A stretch of DNA of 64,000 bases from Callorhinchus milii (taxonomy: Eukaryota): assembly GCF_018977255.1 (NCBI RefSeq), contig NW_024704742.1, positions 78,618,001 to 78,682,000 on the forward strand, written 5' to 3'. The translations under genes were made by a program, and so were the position numbers. The notes beneath the pieces are model-generated. The model saw only the letters and a program-made list of their open reading frames with translations, was not told where the DNA came from and did no database searches. Below, one piece after another: positions 13,773 through 24,380 of the stretch (within the stretch, counting starts at the first letter, position 1; the number at the start of each line of letters is the position of its first letter).

Positions 13773-14499
13773 CTAAAGTTTGTCTAGAAGGAATTATATT
13801 TAAAGCTGCCTTGTGTGGAAAACACATTTTACAGGAGGGATTCCAAATCAGCTTCCTTTCAAGTAGCAGGTATTTTCATTTGATTTGCAGGCACTGGTGT
13901 CTGAGCACAGCAGACAGTGTGATGTTTGTCTTAAATATACTGTTTAAGATGGCGAATGAAGGTGGAAGCAAAACACAGCATATTATTAGTGTGTGAATGT
14001 AATGAAAACCCTCTACAATATGCTGATAAAACTAGATTATTAAAATGATAGCGGAGATGTTGACAATTAAATATCTGATTGACAGGTTGTCAGGCAGTTG
14101 TCAGGAGCAACACACATAAATGCAGATTTTGATGCTTCTGAGGTGCCCCGATTTGAAGTCAGCCTCAGTGCTGTTGGAGTTCGAATAGTGCATTCGACAG
14201 GCACTTCTGGAAAACTGCACTCCTTGTACTCACTTGATGCCCTCCAAAGCCATGAATTTCCCCAGTAATTTTCTCCCCTCCCCAAATTGGTTATTTTTTG
14301 GAGTGTTCCGGTTGGCGTATGGGGGGGGGGGGGGGGGGCGGGTGGTGAGGTTCCTCCTCAAAGCAGCGAGCAGCACTTGTAGGTGTTTTATGATGAGGGT
14401 AGTGGTGGTGGTAGTGGTGATAATGGGGAGTGGAGCTGTAAATTTACTCTATGTTCTTACCATTTCAGAGCTAATCCAGAATTTGGGACGTATCAGTCT

Positions 14500-14925
14500 A
14501 CCTCAGTTGGTAGGAAGCACTCATCTGAATAAGAAGATTGTGGGTTCTAGTCCCACATCAGAACTTTGAACTCACATAGTGCACACTGAGTCTCCAATTC
14601 AGTGCTGGGGGAGTCCTGCATTGTCAGGATGCTGCCCTTTGGATGAGATGTTAACCCAAGGTCCAATCTGCCTGCTCAAGTGCATATTATGATCCCACAT
14701 AGCGTTACTCGACAAGGGGAGGGGGTTTCTTTCAGTGTCCTGGCCAACAATCTTCCAAATATAATTGGTCATTCACTTCATGGCTGTTTGTGGGACACTG
14801 TTGTGCTCAAATGGACTGCTGTGTTCATTCACAAAATACACAGTCACTTTGCAGTAAGTTCTGTGAAGTGCTTTGAGATGTCCTCCTGATGTGAAAGATG
14901 CTGTAGCAAAAGCAAGAATTATCAT
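14500..14925 (+). mobile_element. Old long tRNA-derived Deu-domain SINE (SacSINE1-like)
   Basis: tRNA-like head (tcagttggtag...gggttcta), Deu-like core 'ggatgagatgttaacccaaggtcc...tgtcctggccaa...gctgtttgtgggac', and L2-type tail. Confidence 0.75.
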
Positions 14926-15014
14926 TGTAACGCTACCACATACAAGTTTTTTTCTTTTTTTTAACAATGCGAGAGGGGAATGAGCGATGACTTGTTGGAA
15001 TAAGAACAACAAAA

Positions 15015-15641
15015 CCAATATTGCCTCTCAATATATTGCCCGCCTCCGAGTGTACCTTACCCCAAATGCAGCTGAAACCCTCGTGCATGCGTCACCTCAC
15101 GCTTGGATTACTCCAACGCACTCCTCGCCAGCTCCACCATTCACAAGATCCAGCTCATTCAAAACTCTGCTGCCCACGTGCTGATCCGGACCAAACTCCA
15201 TACCCACATCTCAGAAGTTCTGGTCAGGCTCCACTGGCTCCCCATCACTGAACGGATTGACTTCAAGATCCTCACACTCATGTTCAAATCCTTCACTCCC
15301 TGGCACCTCCCTACCTCTCCGATCTCCTCACTCCCCAAACCAGCACCCGGCGCCTCCGCTCAACTGGCACCGGCTTCCTGCTCATCCTTTGCACCCTCCG
15401 CCTCACCATCGGAGGTCGCGCTTTCAGCCACTGCCCCCAAAACTCTGGAACGCTCTTCCTCAATCCTTCCGCCTTGCTCCCTCTCTCCCCTTTCAAATCC
15501 CGCCTGAAAACTTTCCTCTTCGGCCGTACTTACGGCCACCTCCTGCCTCCCCCTGGCTCAGAGTCAGACTCTACCACTGTTTAGCGATCTGAGACTCTAC
15601 CATGCATGGAGGGCGCTATATAAGTGCAAGTTGTTGTTGTT
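15015..15641 (+). mobile_element. L2 LINE 3' fragment
   Basis: LDYSNALL...IQNSAAHVL...LHWLPITERIDFKIL; tail 'gcgctatataagtgcaagttgttgttg'. Confidence 0.9.
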
Positions 15642-17231
15642 GAAATGCTGTGCAGCAGGGCGGGTTACTGTCATTGACTTTCCTCTGCAGCAGATCAGAG
15701 AAGGATTGTTTCTGATCATAAAATTCACTCTCAGCCAGCCGCTAACCTATTTAAAAATAGGCAAAAGAACTTGCAAACTTCTTATGAACTATTTTATTTC
15801 TTATGGGTCAAAAATGCCTGTATTCTGCAAATGATAAATCCTTATAAAACAAGATTAAAACATAAATATTTCATTTTCAGCTTTTCAAGAACACTTCACT
15901 GCGCAGAAGTGTCACCCTTCTCATCCACTCTGCATTGACATGAATATTTCATGCTATTTATTCCCATACTTTCACACACGAGAAAACAATTATATACGCT
16001 TAACAAAACACATTTATTTTTATGCCTGTGACCTAAGATGCCCAGGTTGATGCATTCATGTCACCTGAAGTGTCTTTTTACTCATGGAAGTGTTGCTGTG
16101 GTACAGAAAACTGGTGCCCAGCTTATGAATGCAAGAGACTGGGGATGTCATTGTGATGGTGCTTTTGATACATTTTCTGGGGTATGTTTCCAGGCCATCA
16201 GTCACCCTCTTGTGGATGCCCAAGTGACTATTATTCATGACTTGATGCTGATCGTTGACACGATATTTGATGCGATGGGTGTTTCAACCAAATTTGATTC
16301 CGTTCTCACTCGATACTTATACTCACACATACACACAAACACATGCCTTCTAGCAGTCATCTTTGGATAGGAATCAGAAGCAAGAACCCAACCTCCAATG
16401 CTTTCTCTCCCAAGGCCAATTATTTGCATTCCAACTGCTGCTCTGGCTGAGATCAGATACCATAGCCTTGAAATGGAATTTGAACAAGAAATCATCAAGT
16501 CTGCTTTTCAATTGAGTTAGTGCTTTTACAATGAGACCAACTGGGCTGCATTTTTGTTGTGCCTGCAAATATTCATTGGAGTTTGGGTTCTTAGTGTGTA
16601 CAGTTGGGGAAAAGAGGAATGAAATGTTAACCTTGAGAAATGTATCAGAAAATTTAGATTAAATCAAGCAATTCAGCTCAAAAGAATGCCATCTTCCTTA
16701 TGCACATTACTGGGGGTTGCGGATATCAACACTTCTGTAAGAGTGGGATGTGTGGTATGGGGTAGCTTTTTGTGGTAGAGACATGCAGGAAGGTGGAGAT
16801 AGCTTTTGTTTCTTTTCATGATCATCATTTGAACAGAGTGGATCGCCTCTTTGGAGAAACATTCATGCCATTGGCAGCACTCGAAGTCCATCTCCTGTCA
16901 CAGCTGCTGCCCAGTACTCAGAAGATAAAGAAGAGTGACACTTAAGAGTTTATCATATTTAATTGACTCTCTCGAGCGCTCGGAGTACAATTGACTGTAA
17001 TGAATTCATGAAACGAGTAAATTATTGAAAACTGGACTCAAGCGCATTTTTTTAATATTTCATACAAATTCATAGATTTGTTCTAAGGACACTTCGAGGT
17101 TTAGGCTTCATCCTGGTTTAGTTCTGATGCAGCACACCCTCTCCTCAATCACGTACCCTACTTACCTAATCCTGGAAAATTTAGGTGGAGATTGGCAAGA
17201 GCTAAGGCTTGGGGGGGAACGCTAAGAATAT

Positions 17232-17557
17232 GGAGTCCTGTAGCTCAGTGCTTAGAGCACTCGCTTTGCAAGTGAGAGACCTGAGTTCAGCTCCAGGCAG
17301 AGGGCGAAACCTTGGGCAAGTTTCCTTACTCCACACAGAGCCTAATAATAATCCCTCCAAAACCAAAAACAATAATAAATTGGTCATTCTCAATCTACGA
17401 CCGTTTGTGGGACATTGCTGTGCGCAATTGGCTGCGCGTTCGCCCACAAATATACAGTCAATTCACTTTACAGTGTGTTCTGTGAAGCGCTTTGGGACGT
17501 CCTCCCGACGTGAAAAGCGCTATATCAAATGCAAGGATTATTATTATTATTATTATA
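17232..17557 (+). mobile_element. Young tRNA-derived SINE (~325 bp), full length
   Basis: A-box 'tagctcagtgc', B-box-like 'gagttcagctcc', truncated Deu-like segment, L2-like stem-loop tail and (att)n. Near-identical copies occur elsewhere in the window. Confidence 0.9.
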
Positions 17558-18139
17558 AGGTCCTACAATAAATGCAAGGATTATTATTATTATTATTATT
17601 ATGATTGAAGCAGTCATGGGTTACGGGACAAAATTATTATTCTTTTTAAGATTATTACCCCCGGAAAAGCGATTGCTGGGTAAGCAGAGGCGCGGGGAGT
17701 AAGGAAACTTGCCTAACGCTTCGCCCGCCCGGGAATCGAACCCGGGTCCTCTCGCTCTCACCCCTGAGCTGCACCGCACCTCGATTTTTGAAACCGTTGG
17801 CGTCTGTTTGCAGTGAAGCGGTTCAGGTGACGGCTGCAGAGTGACAGGAGCTGAGAGAGAAGAACCCCCACCCCTCCCCACCCCCCAGATAATAATAATA
17901 ATAATAATAATAATAATCCTTGCAGGGCATTGGCACAAGTGGGGAGCCCTTTCCAAACTGGGTAACAAAAGCTCTTCTTGGGGGTGGGGGTGGGGGGCAG
18001 ATATACTTTTGCAGGTTTTAATTTTTTTTAATGTTTTAATTTTTTTATTGGTTTTAAAAAAAGCCGTTTTTCTCACCCCCGCCACAGAAGAAACCCCCCC
18101 CCCCCCGCCCACACCAAAAAAAATCGCCCAAAAAGGACA

Positions 18140-18857
18140 CGAACCCGCCCCAAAATAACCCAAACCTGCCCAAGACAACCCAAACCCGCCCAAAACAACC
18201 CAAACCCGCCCCAAAACAACCCAAAACCCGCCCAAACCAACCCAAACCCGCCCCAAAACAACCCAAACCCGCCCCAAAACCGCCCCAAATCCGCCCCAAA
18301 ACAACCCAAAAACGCCCCAAAACAACCCAAAACCGCCCCAAAACAACCCAAAAACGCCCCAAAACAACCCAAAAACGCTCCAAAACAACCCAAAAACGCC
18401 CCAAAACAACCCAAAACCGCCCCAAAACAACCCAAAACCGCCCCAAAACAACCCAAATCCGCCCCAAAACAACCCAAAAACGCCCCAAAACAACCCAAAA
18501 ACGCCCCAAAACAACCCAAACCCGCCCCAAAACAACCAAACCGCCCCAAAACAACCCAAACCCGCCCCAAAACAACCCAAACCCGCCCCAAAACAACCCA
18601 AACCCGCTCCAAAACAACCCAAAAACGCCCCAAAACAACCACAAAAAACGCTCCAAAACAACCCAAACCCGCCCCAAAACAACCCAAACCCGCCCCAAAA
18701 CAACCCAAAAACGCCCCAAAACCGCCCCAAAACAACCCAAATCCGCCCCAAAACAACCCAAAAACGCCCCAAAACAACCCAAAAACGCCCCAAAACAACC
18801 ACAAAAAACGCTCCAAAACAACCCCAAAACGCCCCAAAACAACCCAAACCCGCCCCG
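18140..18857. repeat. Minisatellite, 21-22-bp unit (CCCAAACCCGCCCCAAAACAA and variants), ~33 copies
   Basis: Directly visible tandem array; the minus strand is G/T-rich with GGGGCG in most units. Confidence 0.97.
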
Positions 18858-18859
18858 AC

Positions 18860-19070
18860 CTGGTCACGGTGGTGGTGGTGGTGATGGGGGGATTGAGGGC
18901 GGGGCCGCGAGGCAGGACAGGCGGCGCTCACTCACTTGCCCATAAAAGGAGGCGTTTCCTGACACCGGACGTGACGATGTAACGGTCAAATTTCAAACCA
19001 CCGCGTCGCATAGAATGTTGTCACTTCCGGCCGGCCGGCCTGGCGCTTACAGACAGGGAGCAGGTCAGTG
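18860..19070. promoter_or_regulatory. CpG-rich, probably bidirectional promoter of THUMPD2
   Basis: High CpG density, GC box (gagggcgggg ~18895), CRE/ATF-like 'gacgtgacg' (~18968), ETS/GABP motif 'cacttccgg' (19022), and outward-facing splice donors on both strands. Confidence 0.7.
19020..19063 (+). other. THUMPD2: Putative non-coding first exon of THUMPD2 (TSS approximate)
   Basis: Donor 'gcag|gtcagt' just downstream of the ETS site. The ATG exon at 22494 is preceded by a splice acceptor, so an upstream exon is expected. Confidence 0.5.
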
Positions 19071-19496
19071 GCGATCAGTCCCCACACACACACACACACA
19101 CACAGTCCCGTCTCTCCCCCTCCCCCCCCCCCCCCCCCAGGACTGTCAGCGACATCCAACACCAACTACTGCTGTTCATATAAATAATAATAATAAATTG
19201 GTCACTTCAATCCACCACCGTTTGTGGGACACTGCTCTGCGCAATTGGCCGCCGGGTTTCGCCCACAAATATACGGTCCAATTCACTGTACAGTCTGTTC
19301 TGTGAAGCGCTTTTTGAGACGTGGAGAAGACGTGACGAGCGCTATGTCACACGCGAAGGGCTATTATAACACTCGGCGTCTCTCAGCACAGGGCAGTGTG
19401 GGAGCCTGACCCGGAGTGGGGGGGGGAGGAGGTGAGCGTTAGCACCAGAGGTCGAAGAGGAAGGTCTTCAGGTGACACCGAAAAGGGGGGGGAAGG

Positions 19497-19795
19497 AGAG
19501 GGCCACGCGGCGGGAGGGAGAGGGCCACGCGGCGGGAGGGGGAGAGGGCCACGCGGCGGGAGGGGGAGAGGGCCACGCGGCGGGAGGGAGAGGGCCACGC
19601 GGCGGGAGGGAGAGGGCCACGCGGCGGGAGGGAGAGGGCCACGCGGCGGGAGGGAGAGGGCCACGCGGCGGGAGGGAGAGGGCCACGCGGCGGGAGGGGG
19701 AGAGGGCCACGCGGCGGGAGGGAGAGGGCCACGCGGCGGGAGGGAGAGGGCCACGCGGCGGGAGGGGGAGAGGGCCACGCGGCGGGAGGGAGAGA
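19497..19795. repeat. Minisatellite, 22/24-bp unit AGGGCCACGCGGCGGGAGG(GG)GAG, 13 copies, inside a minus-strand L2 3' end (19385-19900)
   Basis: 13 counted 'ccacgcgg' cores. The flanks translate on the minus strand as L2 SHCAPKLW and HLKTFLFD. Confidence 0.95.
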
Positions 19796-20235
19796 GACGA
19801 GCGCCCCAGAGTTTCGGGGCGCAGTGGCTGGCAGCGTGCGCGGCGGGCGGCCTGTGGTGGAGTGGAAGGCGCGACGCACAGTCAGGGCGCCTCGCAGGGC
19901 CAGTCGAGGCAGCTGGTGCCACAGAGGGGAGAAAGCAGGTCGGAAAGGTTAGGGAGGGATTGGTGCACGAGTGAGAGAATCTCGACACCGATCCGTTCTG
20001 TGTTAGGGAGTCAGTGGGACCCTGTGGGGAGGACTGGTGTGATGGGGGCACAGAGCTTAGTGTGGATGAGAATATGGGCAGAGCTGATAGAGATCAGTTG
20101 TAGTCTGTGGGTTGTGGAGCTGGGGTGTCAGTCGGGGAGGGAGGTAATGAAGACGTGGAGGATCATTTTGGCTGTGTTTGAAGTGAGACACGGTTGGAGG
20201 TGGGCAGTGTGAAAGAGGTGGAGGAAAGCGGTCTT

Positions 20236-20542
20236 GGTTAGAGCACTCGCTTTGTAAGTGAGAGACCTGAGTTCAATTCCAGGCAGAGGGCGAACCCTTG
20301 GGCAAGTTTCCTTACTCCACACAGAGCCTAATAATAATCCCTCCAAAACCAAAACAATAATAAATTGGTCATTTTCAATCTACGACTGTTTGTGGGACAT
20401 TGCTGTGCGCAATTGGCTGCCACGTTCGCCCACAATATACAGTCAATTCAGTTTACAATGTGTTCTGTGAAGCGCTTTGGGACGTCCTCCTGACGTGAAA
20501 AGCGCTATATCAAATGCAAGGATTATTATTATTATTATTATT
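20236..20542 (+). mobile_element. Young tRNA-derived SINE, slightly 5'-truncated
   Basis: Near-identical to 17232-17557. Confidence 0.9.
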
Positions 20543-21887
20543 GGTTGGGGACCGAATGTGGGGGAGAAGGGACAACTGGGGTAAACCTGAAGCCCAGGTT
20601 AAGTCCGGTTCCGGTAAATCTTAGGGATAGGCTGGAGATGTTGAGGAGTTCAGAGCAAGGATAGAGCAGGTGACTGTGCTGGGGCAGAAGGAAAAAAAAC
20701 GTTTGTGGAGATTAAGTGATGGTAGTTGGTTAAGTAGGACTTGAACCAAGTAAGTACGCTCCCGTGGCAGTGGATGAGTGGAGGAGGATAGCGTGATTGA
20801 CTGTAGAATGGGCAGAGCGGTCCAGGAGGACAAGGAGGCAGAGCCCTGGTCACCGAGAGAGAGGATGTCATTAGTGGCTTTGATTCGTGTCTCTCCGCTG
20901 TGAGCTGGGCGGAAACAAGAACAACTCGCATTTATATAGTGCCCTCCATGCCCGGCGGTGTCTCAGAGCACTTAACAATGGCAGAGCCCGAGGCAGAGCC
21001 AGGGGGAGGGTGAAAGTGACTATGGGAGTGGTCGAAGAGCAAGGTCTTCAGTCCCGACCTGAAGATGGGGAAGGAGGGAGCGAGGCAATTGAGGGAGGGA
21101 GTTCCAAAGTTTTGGGGCGTAGTGGCTGAACGCACGGCCGCCGATAGTGGAGCAGAAGATTCGGGGGACACGGAGGAGGCCGGACCCAGTAGAACGGAGG
21201 CAGCGGATACTGCTGTGGGAAGAGAGGAGGTTACAGAGATATGGGGGTACCAAGAAATTGAGGGATTTATACACTTGAGTGAGCATCTTGAACCAGACTG
21301 GAGGAGCTCGAGAAGGGAGTGGAGGGAGAGGTGAGAGCGAAGTTGATTTGCAACAACATGTTCCAGAACTTTAGCAAGGAAAGGCAAGTCAGTAGGTTTG
21401 AGGGATCAAGGGTATTTTTTTTTGAGGATCGTGTTGTGTTGGTGAACGGATTGATTTCAAGCTCCTCACACGTGTTTCCAAATCACTTCATGCCCTGGCA
21501 CCTCCCTACCTCACTGACCTGCTTACTCCCCAGCAACGCTTCCCGTTTTCCCGTTGCCTGCGCTCGATTGTCTGCTTCTTGCTTGTCCCTCGTGGCCTCT
21601 ATTCCACCATCGGTGGCTGTGCTTTCAGCCACTGCTCCAAAACTCTTGAACACTCTGTCAATCCCTCTGCCTTGCCCCATCCTTCCCCATCTTCAGATTG
21701 CGTCTGAAGACCTTCCTCTTCTATGGTAATCTCAGCTCAGCATTGTGCTTCGCCACTGTCAGGCATTTTGGCACACTACCCTGCGTGAGGAGGGCTATTT
21801 AAATGCAAGTTGTTGTTGTGATGGTGGTTGAGAGGGAGGAAGGAGAAATGGGGCAAAGGAGAGTAGAGTGGAAGAGTAGGTGATGTA

Positions 21888-21998
21888 CTGGGCCAATAGA
21901 GAGGTGCAGCCACAATTTTTGACACCTGGTCTCAGCACTCTGTTGCCGATTGTTTACCTGACGCTACTGTGGTCGGAGCGTCTCCAGACACACACGTG
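21888..21998 (+). mobile_element. Terminal fragment of the same hAT family as 36863-38177
   Basis: Begins 'ctgggccaataga'; 'gctactgtggtcggagcgtctcc..acacacacg' aligns to the reverse complement of ~38000-38080. Confidence 0.65.
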
Positions 21999-22493
21999 AT
22001 GGGGAGGAGGAGGGAGACAGTCCTTCAGAATCCGGGTGTTAACTATCTTGGAAATGAAGAAGTCCAGGAGCTCTTCGCACTTCAAGGCAAGGATCGAGGG
22101 TGCTTGAGGGCGCACAAAGGTGGTGAGTGGTGGAGAACAACACGTTTAAGATTATTTCAGCCTCCAGAATGGCCTTGGAGTAAAAGGCAGATTTGGCCTG
22201 AGAGAGGGAGAGGCAATAGGAACTCAGATGCTTGAGCCACATTTGGCGGTGAATCTTGAGGCCGGGTTTGTGCCAATTGCGCTCGAGCATCTGGGTTTGG
22301 AATTTGAGGGAGCAGAGGTGGCTGTTATATCAGGGTGAGCAAGTGGGTTTGGAGATGGCTTTAGATTTCAGGAAGACAAGGGAATTACTACCCCTGCCCC
22401 GCCCCGGATTCTGTCCACAGTTATAGCATTCTCCCCAGGCTCTGTCTACATTTATTATAATGCTTACCTCGCTCAAGCTGTTTAGCAGAAGAT

Positions 22494-22601
22494 ATGTCTG
22501 GAGTGATGGTGCCTCCCGGGAACCGATATTTCTGCACAGCCAGCAGAGGCACGGAGAGATTCCTGGCGGAAGAAGTGTGTCTGAAACTGTCTGCCTCTAA
22601 T
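22494..22601 (+). CDS. THUMPD2: THUMPD2 coding exon 1
   Basis: MSGVMVPPGNRYFCTASRGTERFLAEEVCLKLSASN resembles the recalled human RFFCTAGRGLEPF...; donor gtgagt at 22602; 108 nt, phase 0. Confidence 0.88.
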
Positions 22602-23737
22602 GTGAGTAAATAAAGCACTACAGTAATAAAGGACTAGCTGTCCTGTCTCTCAAATTCAAACCCCTAATCTCTCCAGCTCCTCAAAACTCCTTGCTCCTGT
22701 TTCGAGCCGCTCCAAACCCCTTTATTGGGGCTTGGGGAGGACTGTAAAGAGAGGCTGGGATCTGGAGGGAATGGCCAGGGTCTGTTAAACAGAGGCATTT
22801 ATTCTATGTGGATTAGGTAGATGGAGGATATTATGATTATGTTAAATCACTCACAATACAATGATGTGTCTTATAATTTGGGGATCTTTTAGCCTATCCA
22901 AATAGAAAATATGATGTGGTAGGAGGAGCGCTATTTTGTTTTTAACATTTTATGAAGGTTTGCTACTTTCAATCAAAATTACATTCTTTTTATTTGTTTT
23001 GTCATAGCAGCTCTTCCCCACACTGTGCTAGGGCTCAGATTGCCCTCTAGGCCCTGCCTGTCGCTGCAAATTTGAATGCCAATATAATGGGATAATATTT
23101 AATTTTCTCCTCACCTCTTCCATTCCTTTGAGGAAATGCTAGTGTCTAATTATAATATCCCTTTGAAAATCGGTTAAGGACTCAAAACTCTGGATCTTCA
23201 CTCTGTGTATTTCAAAGGCATTCAGACGCTTTAACCAAGAAAGGGATGGATTTGTGTAGCAGAATGCTACCCTATGTTATTTAGACAGTATATTTAATTT
23301 TTACATGCAACTATGTTACACTGTCTATAAAATAAAAAGTTTAGAAGCTTCAAAAAGATCAAACATAAGACCCTAAATTCTCCTGATCTGAGCCTGAAAG
23401 ACCATTTTGTCTTAAGCTTTAAAATTGTGCAGATTGATTCGTTCTTAATTTGGAATCTGTTTCTTCTGCGGTTATTAAAAAGAAATTCAAATGAATTCAA
23501 GAATTTAATTCTGCACAATTTTAAGGTTTAAGACAACATTAATTTAAGTTTTAATTTGGTAATTGGTTTAATTTACCAGCCTTCTCATTCATAGAAATGA
23601 GCTATGTAGCTTCATATGGTTTCTAGATTGGCTGTAACATTTTATGAATTGATAGTTATTTTTAGCATTAATTCCACTGACAGGCATCGTATTTGATAAA
23701 TAAAGTGGAAATTGTATTATTCCTTCTTTCTTGTCAG

Positions 23738-23870
23738 GTGGAACAAATCTCTGGAAAAGTGTTCTTTACATCTGAAGCAGATTTGAAAAAACTGAAGAGT
23801 CTGAAATGCGCAGAAAGACTGTTTCTACTTGTGAAAAAGTTACCTCCACTTCAGATTCCTGGATATAGAG
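23738..23870 (+). CDS. THUMPD2: THUMPD2 coding exon 2
   Basis: VEQISGKVFFTSEADLKKLKSLKCAERLFLLVKK versus human VEYISGKVFF...LKSAERLFLLIKK; cag|...|gtatga; 133 nt. Confidence 0.95.
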
Positions 23871-23969
23871 GTATGACATTTGTTTTCAAAAAAAATGGCC
23901 AGCTCTTAAGGTATTTAACTATAGCACATCTTCAATTTCAATGCTGGTGTGTAACTACAGCAGTAAATG

Positions 23970-24380
23970 TCAGCTTGTCTCAGTTGGTAGCACTTTCACC
24001 TCTGAGACAGAAGGCTGTGGGTTCAAGCCCCAAGCCTTGGAAGTCACCTCGTCTAAGCTGACACTCCAATGCAGTGCTTAAGAACGCTGCATTGTTGGAA
24101 GAGCCGTGTTTCAGATGAGACATTAAGCCCAGGTCCCGTCTGCGTTTTCAGATGCATGTTAAAGATCCCATGGCGCTATTCAAAAAGAGAGGGAAGATTC
24201 TCATGGTGCCCTGGCCAACAATTCTCCAAATAAAATTGTTCATTGCTTCATGGAAAATTGTGTACAAATTTGCTGTATTGGTTTACATAACACACAACAC
24301 TTTTCAGTATATTTAGTGAAGCACTTCGGGACGTCCTCCTGACGTTAAAGGCGTTCTACCAAATGTAAGGATTACTATTA
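23970..24380 (+). mobile_element. Old long Deu-domain SINE
   Basis: 'ctcagttggtagcac...gggttcaagccc...gatgagacattaagcccaggtcccgtctgc...aaagatcccatggc'. Confidence 0.85.

Larger units (their letters stand above)
19900..22385. mobile_element. Cluster of L2 LINE fragments in both orientations within THUMPD2 intron 1
   Basis: Multiple L2 motifs: PFLAKVLEHVVANQL, IGGRAFSHYAPKLWNSLP, LERNWHKPGLKIHRQMW. L2 tails at ~20915 (-) and ~21820 (+). Confidence 0.8.

Noticed and set aside
16672..16830. Possible box C/D snoRNA on the minus strand (ATGATGA...CTGA)
   Set aside because: The ~155-nt spacing is long, the terminal stem is weak, and I recognise no rRNA or snRNA guide; it would need a snoRNA scan.
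17232..17305. tRNA-like sequence (also at 25370-25439, 41910, 47240-47308, 63193)
   Set aside because: These are SINE heads followed by the SINE body and tail; no intact acceptor stem or Pol III terminator.
18140..18857. Regular repeat array as CRISPR, telomeric repeat or bisulfite-converted contamination
   Set aside because: There are no unique spacers and it is not TTAGGG. The C-only-in-CpG pattern on the minus strand follows from the tandem unit, and the array grades into normal flanks.
17621..18931. 436-aa, 262-aa and 264-aa G/F/W/V/L-rich ORFs on the minus strand
   Set aside because: These are translations of the minisatellite, whose G/T-rich strand has almost no A and so cannot form stop codons.
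18936..18943. ATGGGCAA micro-exon as the start of a ribosomal protein gene (MGK...)
   Set aside because: No matching downstream exons for RPS23, RPL27 or similar were found on the minus strand.
19383..20212. Overlapping R/G/P-rich ORFs
   Set aside because: Artefacts of the 22/24-bp minisatellite within an L2 relic.
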